A stretch of 64,000 nt of DNA from an uncultured Candidatus Saccharibacteria bacterium (GTDB lineage Bacteria; Patescibacteriota; Minisyncoccia; UBA6257; GWB1-50-10). Below the pieces are notes generated by a model. The model saw only the letters and a program-made list of their open reading frames with translations, made no database searches and was not told the DNA's origin. This document shows, in pieces, positions 60,613 to 64,000 of the stretch (position 1 is the stretch's first letter; each line of letters starts with the position of its first letter). The stretch covers positions 39,463 to 103,462 of the forward strand of contig CAYUXY010000002.1 of assembly GCA_964449245.1 (NCBI GenBank), given 5' to 3'. Both the position numbers and the translations under genes were made by a program.

Positions 60613-60683
60613 TGCGGTCAGGGAGAATCGAACTCCCGTCCGTTGCTTGGGAAGCAACCGTCCTACCACTAAACGATGACCGC
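60613..60683 (-). tRNA. tRNA-Gly (CCC), CCA not encoded
   Basis: GCGGTCA acceptor stem, TAGTGGTA D-loop, GTTGC-TTCCCAA-GCAAC anticodon arm, GTTCGATT T-loop. Confidence 0.96.
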
Positions 60684-60688
60684 CTGAA

Positions 60689-61012
60689 TTATTCCTGCCC
60701 TTCCGGCAAGGTTGTTCCAAATCCGGAATCCTTCGAAACTTCCGGCGGAGGAACCACGATTATAAGCTTCTCTCCCGACTTAACTACATTCATTTGTGAC
60801 TTTAATTCTTTAACAAGGTTTTCGGGATTTTTCAAACATTCTATCTTGTCCGCAATGACAGCATTTTCTTTTTTCACATTTTCGGATGCGTCTTTTAATT
60901 CAAAAACTTCTTTGCTCACAGATCTGCGTTCTCCGGAAAGGCGAATGATACCCCAACCCAAAAAAGCCACAACAATTATAAAAATAAAAAATCTAAATGC
61001 CTTCATCGGCAT
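60689..61012 (-). CDS. FtsB/DivIC-like septum formation initiator
   Basis: TM, short coiled coil, LKNPENLVKELKSQMNVVKSGEKLI. Confidence 0.75.
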   Translation of the reverse strand: MPMKAFRFFIFIIVVAFLGWGIIRLSGERRSVSKEVFELKDASENVKKENAVIADKIECLKNPENLVKELKSQMNVVKSGEKLIIVVPPPEVSKDSGFGTTLPEGQE

Positions 61013-61048
61013 TATTATACATCAAATCAAAATCAAGCGAAAAAACTA

Positions 61049-63163
61049 TTATTTCTTGCGCCCTTCAATTATTTTTTGAGAAACGTTTTGCGGAACTTCG
61101 GCATAATGCCCAAATTCCATACTGAAAGAACCACGCCCCTGCGTCATAGAACGCAAGTTTGTAACGTATCCAAACATTTCTGACAAAGGAACATCGGCGT
61201 TTACAACCCGCGAAGGCCCGCGCTCGCCCATTTCGTTTATCTTTGCGCGCTTTGAGCTTAAATCACCGGTAACATCGCCCAAAAATTCCGATGGAACGAT
61301 TGTTTGTACGGACATTATAGGCTCCAAAAGCGTTGGGTTGGCATTTCTGACGCCTTCCTGAAACGCCATCGCGGACGCAATATGAAAAGCGATTTCGGAA
61401 GAGTCGACTTCGTGGAAAGATCCGTCGAAAAGCGTAACTTTTATATCAACAACGGGGTATCCGGCAAGCACTCCCTTAGTTACTGATTCTCTGACTCCTT
61501 TTTCCACTGCAGGAATAAACTCCTGCGGAATGATGCCTCCCTTAATCGCGTTTACAAACTCAAAGCCCGCGCCTCTCTCAAGCGGTTCAACCTTAAGTTT
61601 GACGTGTCCGTATTGTCCTCGGCCTCCAGACTGACGAATATATTTTCCTTCAGCTTCTGCCGACTTCTGAATTGTTTCTTTATACGCGACTTGCGGACGT
61701 CCTACATTTGCCTCAACTCCGAATTCGCGTTTCATGCGGTCAACCAAGACTTCCAGATGTAACTCGCCCATTCCGGAAATAATTGTGTCTCCAGTTTCCG
61801 GATCGCCACTAACGCGAAACGTCGGATCTTCTTCCGCAAGCTTGTGAAGCGCAATACCCATTTTTTCCTGATCGGCTTTTGATTTCGGCTCGATTCTTAT
61901 TCCTATAACAGGCTCCGGGAAAGTTATTTTTTCCAAGATAAGCGGGTGTTCCGGATCGGTAAGGGTGTCTCCCGTTCCCGTATTTTTCATTCCCACCAAC
62001 GCGCCAAGATCTCCGGCGTAAATTTCCTCAACTTCTTCTCTGTGATTTGCGTGCATTCTCAATATGCGCCCTATTCTTTCCTGACTATTTTTTGAAGCGT
62101 TTAATATATAGCTACCCCTCTTCAGAGTTCCCGAGTATACGCGGAAAAATGTGAGCGTTCCTACAAAAGGATCTGCGGCAACTTTAAACGCGAGCGCAGA
62201 AAGAGGCTCGTCGTCAATCGGATGCCTTTCTTCCTCTTCATGACTTGAGTTAAGTCCTTTTGTGGGAGGCTTATCAGCCGGCGACGGAAGATAATCTACA
62301 ACTGCGTCCAATACAAGCTGTACACCCTTGTTTCTTAACGCGGTTCCGCAAAAAACCGGAACGAGGTTGCCGGCAATTGTTGCTTTACGCAAAGCAACTT
62401 TCAAAGCGTCCACTGAGATTTCCTTTCCATCAAGATATTCAGCGATAAGAGCATCGTCTGACTCCGCGATTTTTTCAACAAGCGTGTGCCGTTTTTCTTC
62501 CGCAATTTTTACCAAATTTTCCGGAATATCATACTGAACTATTTTCTCGCCATGCTCTCCCTCAAAACGATATGCCTTCATAATAAGCAGGTCTATGACG
62601 CCGGAAAAATCTCCTTCTTCGCCTATTGGCCACTGAAGCGTAACGGCATTCGTAGTCAATCTTTCGTGAATAGATTTAAGGCTGTTTTCAAAACTCGCTC
62701 CGGTCCTGTCGAGTTTGTTTATAAAACATATTCTCGGAACATTATAATCATCAGCATAGTGCCAGTTTGTTTCGGACTGGGGCTCTACGCCGGCGACTCC
62801 GTCAAAGACAACGACAGCGCCGTCTAAAACGCGAAGAGACCGTTTAACTTCAACTGTGAAATCGATGTGCCCCGGAGTGTCGATAAGATTAATTCTGTAT
62901 TCGTGTTTTTTTGCATCCGGCGCGTTTTTATCAATAAATGTTGGAGTCCAAAAACACGTGGTTGCGGCAGCCGTTATCGTAATGCCACGCTCGCGTTCCT
63001 GATCCATCCAGTCCATAACAGCAGCACCTTCGTGCACTTCCCCTGTTTTGTGCGAAATTCCCGTATAAAAAAGCACCCTCTCCGATGTGGTGGTTTTACC
63101 GGCGTCAATGTGCGCCACTATTCCGATATCACGTACTCTTTCGATTGGATACTGTCGTGCCAT
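61049..63163 (-). CDS. fusA: Elongation factor G
   Basis: [31 protein letters not shown]. Confidence 0.98.
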   Translation of the reverse strand: MARQYPIERVRDIGIVAHIDAGKTTTSERVLFYTGISHKTGEVHEGAAVMDWMDQERERGITITAAATTCFWTPTFIDKNAPDAKKHEYRINLIDTPGHIDFTVEVKRSLRVLDGAVVVFDGVAGVEPQSETNWHYADDYNVPRICFINKLDRTGASFENSLKSIHERLTTNAVTLQWPIGEEGDFSGVIDLLIMKAYRFEGEHGEKIVQYDIPENLVKIAEEKRHTLVEKIAESDDALIAEYLDGKEISVDALKVALRKATIAGNLVPVFCGTALRNKGVQLVLDAVVDYLPSPADKPPTKGLNSSHEEEERHPIDDEPLSALAFKVAADPFVGTLTFFRVYSGTLKRGSYILNASKNSQERIGRILRMHANHREEVEEIYAGDLGALVGMKNTGTGDTLTDPEHPLILEKITFPEPVIGIRIEPKSKADQEKMGIALHKLAEEDPTFRVSGDPETGDTIISGMGELHLEVLVDRMKREFGVEANVGRPQVAYKETIQKSAEAEGKYIRQSGGRGQYGHVKLKVEPLERGAGFEFVNAIKGGIIPQEFIPAVEKGVRESVTKGVLAGYPVVDIKVTLFDGSFHEVDSSEIAFHIASAMAFQEGVRNANPTLLEPIMSVQTIVPSEFLGDVTGDLSSKRAKINEMGERGPSRVVNADVPLSEMFGYVTNLRSMTQGRGSFSMEFGHYAEVPQNVSQKIIEGRKK

Positions 63164-63178
63164 ACAAATGTGTTGAAA

Positions 63179-63658
63179 TTATTTCTTTCCTTTTACAAAA
63201 CTTGCGAATGCTCTGTTCGCTTCAGCCATTCTGTGCATTTCTTGTTTTCTCTTTACTGCCGCTCCTTCATTTTTCGAAGCGGAAATAAATTCCTCTGCAA
63301 GTTTCTTTGCCATTGGAGCGCCTTTTCTTTTTCTCGCCGCGTCTATAATCCAGTGAGACGCAAGGAAAAATTTTCGCGCCGGACGAACTTCCCTAGGGAC
63401 CTGATAATTTGCGCCTCCGACCCGCTTTGAAACAACTTCCAAAAGGGGCGCGGCGTTTGTCATCGCTTTTTCAAAAATTTCCATCCCCTCTTCTTTCGTA
63501 TTTGTCTTTACTATATCAAGAGCATTATAGAAAACTTTTTCCGCGACGGCTTTTTCACCGTCGAACATAATGTAATTAATAAAACGCGTTACATCTACAC
63601 GCGAAAATTTATAATCACCCGGAAAATTTTTTTCTTTGTAATGACTGCGTTTTCTCAT
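63179..63658 (-). CDS. rpsG: 30S ribosomal protein S7
   Basis: RVGGANYQVP, HRMAEANRAF. Confidence 0.97.
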   Translation of the reverse strand: MRKRSHYKEKNFPGDYKFSRVDVTRFINYIMFDGEKAVAEKVFYNALDIVKTNTKEEGMEIFEKAMTNAAPLLEVVSKRVGGANYQVPREVRPARKFFLASHWIIDAARKRKGAPMAKKLAEEFISASKNEGAAVKRKQEMHRMAEANRAFASFVKGKK

Positions 63659-63661
63659 ACT

Positions 63662-64000
63662 TTATTTTTTATCTCTCTTAGCTCCATACTTTGAGCGCTG
63701 TTGCTTTCTCGCGGTTACACCCTGCGTATCAAGTACGCCACGGATAATATGATATCTGACTCCCGGAAGGTCCTTAACTCTACCGCCACGTAAAACTACT
63801 ACGGAGTGTTCCTGAAGATTGTGTCCCTCTCCAGGGATATAAGCGCTTACTTCCATTCCGTTCGTTAAACGAACTCTCGCAACCTTTCGGAGAGCGGAGT
63901 TAGGCTTTTTCGGAGTCGTCGTAAATACCTTTAGGCAAACGCCCCTTTTGAAGGGGGATGTTGAGTACACGGGACGATTTTGTAAATAGTTAAAATAAAA
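63662..64000 (-). CDS. rpsL: 30S ribosomal protein S12 (5' end outside window)
   Basis: [33 protein letters not shown]; frame open to the window edge. Confidence 0.97.
   Translation of the reverse strand, partial: FYFNYLQNRPVYSTSPFKRGVCLKVFTTTPKKPNSALRKVARVRLTNGMEVSAYIPGEGHNLQEHSVVVLRGGRVKDLPGVRYHIIRGVLDTQGVTARKQQRSKYGAKRDKK

Noticed and set aside
60300-60683. Prophage or island integrated at tRNA-Gly
   Set aside because: No integrase and no duplicated tRNA 3' end found in the window.
60452-61079. Plus-strand ORFs across the B tract and tRNA
   Set aside because: Phe/Leu/Ser-rich translations of low-complexity repeats, overlapping tRNA-Gly and the ftsB-like gene.

Overview
AT-rich 64-kb chromosomal window from a Candidate Phyla Radiation bacterium (Patescibacteria, most likely Parcubacteria), genetic code 11, with most genes on the minus strand. 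It contains a MacAB-type ABC transporter, hpf, hisS, an RRM protein, a complete F1Fo ATP synthase operon, tig, pgk, galT, GtrA/GT2 genes, a VirB4/VirD4-like ATPase and a type IV pilus cluster. It also contains a stand-alone 16S rRNA gene, rpmE/rplY, a short RF1, fba/pfkB, a Nudix-rich accessory array, secA, rmuC, a split comEC, two Cys-rich paralogs, recQ, dus, tRNA-Gly(CCC) and rpsL-rpsG-fusA. Five signals stand out. (1) Intergenic spacers are built from reusable blocks of degenerate 7-8-nt tandem repeats that sit at gene boundaries. One 38-bp block forms three roughly nested inverted pairs around 38.8-53.4 kb, which encloses a four-helix-bundle (Avd/IVS-like) gene. (2) The 16S rRNA lacks the anti-Shine-Dalgarno sequence, yet a few orphan genes have strong SD sites, their own sigma70 promoters and terminators. 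(3) The same 87-nt hairpin is inserted in two different 16S helices, and there is an ORF-less group I intron at S788. (4) Two in-frame uORFs upstream of prfA copy its first codons and end in UAA. (5) A GIY-YIG mini-gene is bounded exactly by 13-bp inverted repeats next to a prepilin leader, and two structured RNAs precede secA. All assignments were made by eye from motifs; no searches or folding calculations were run.
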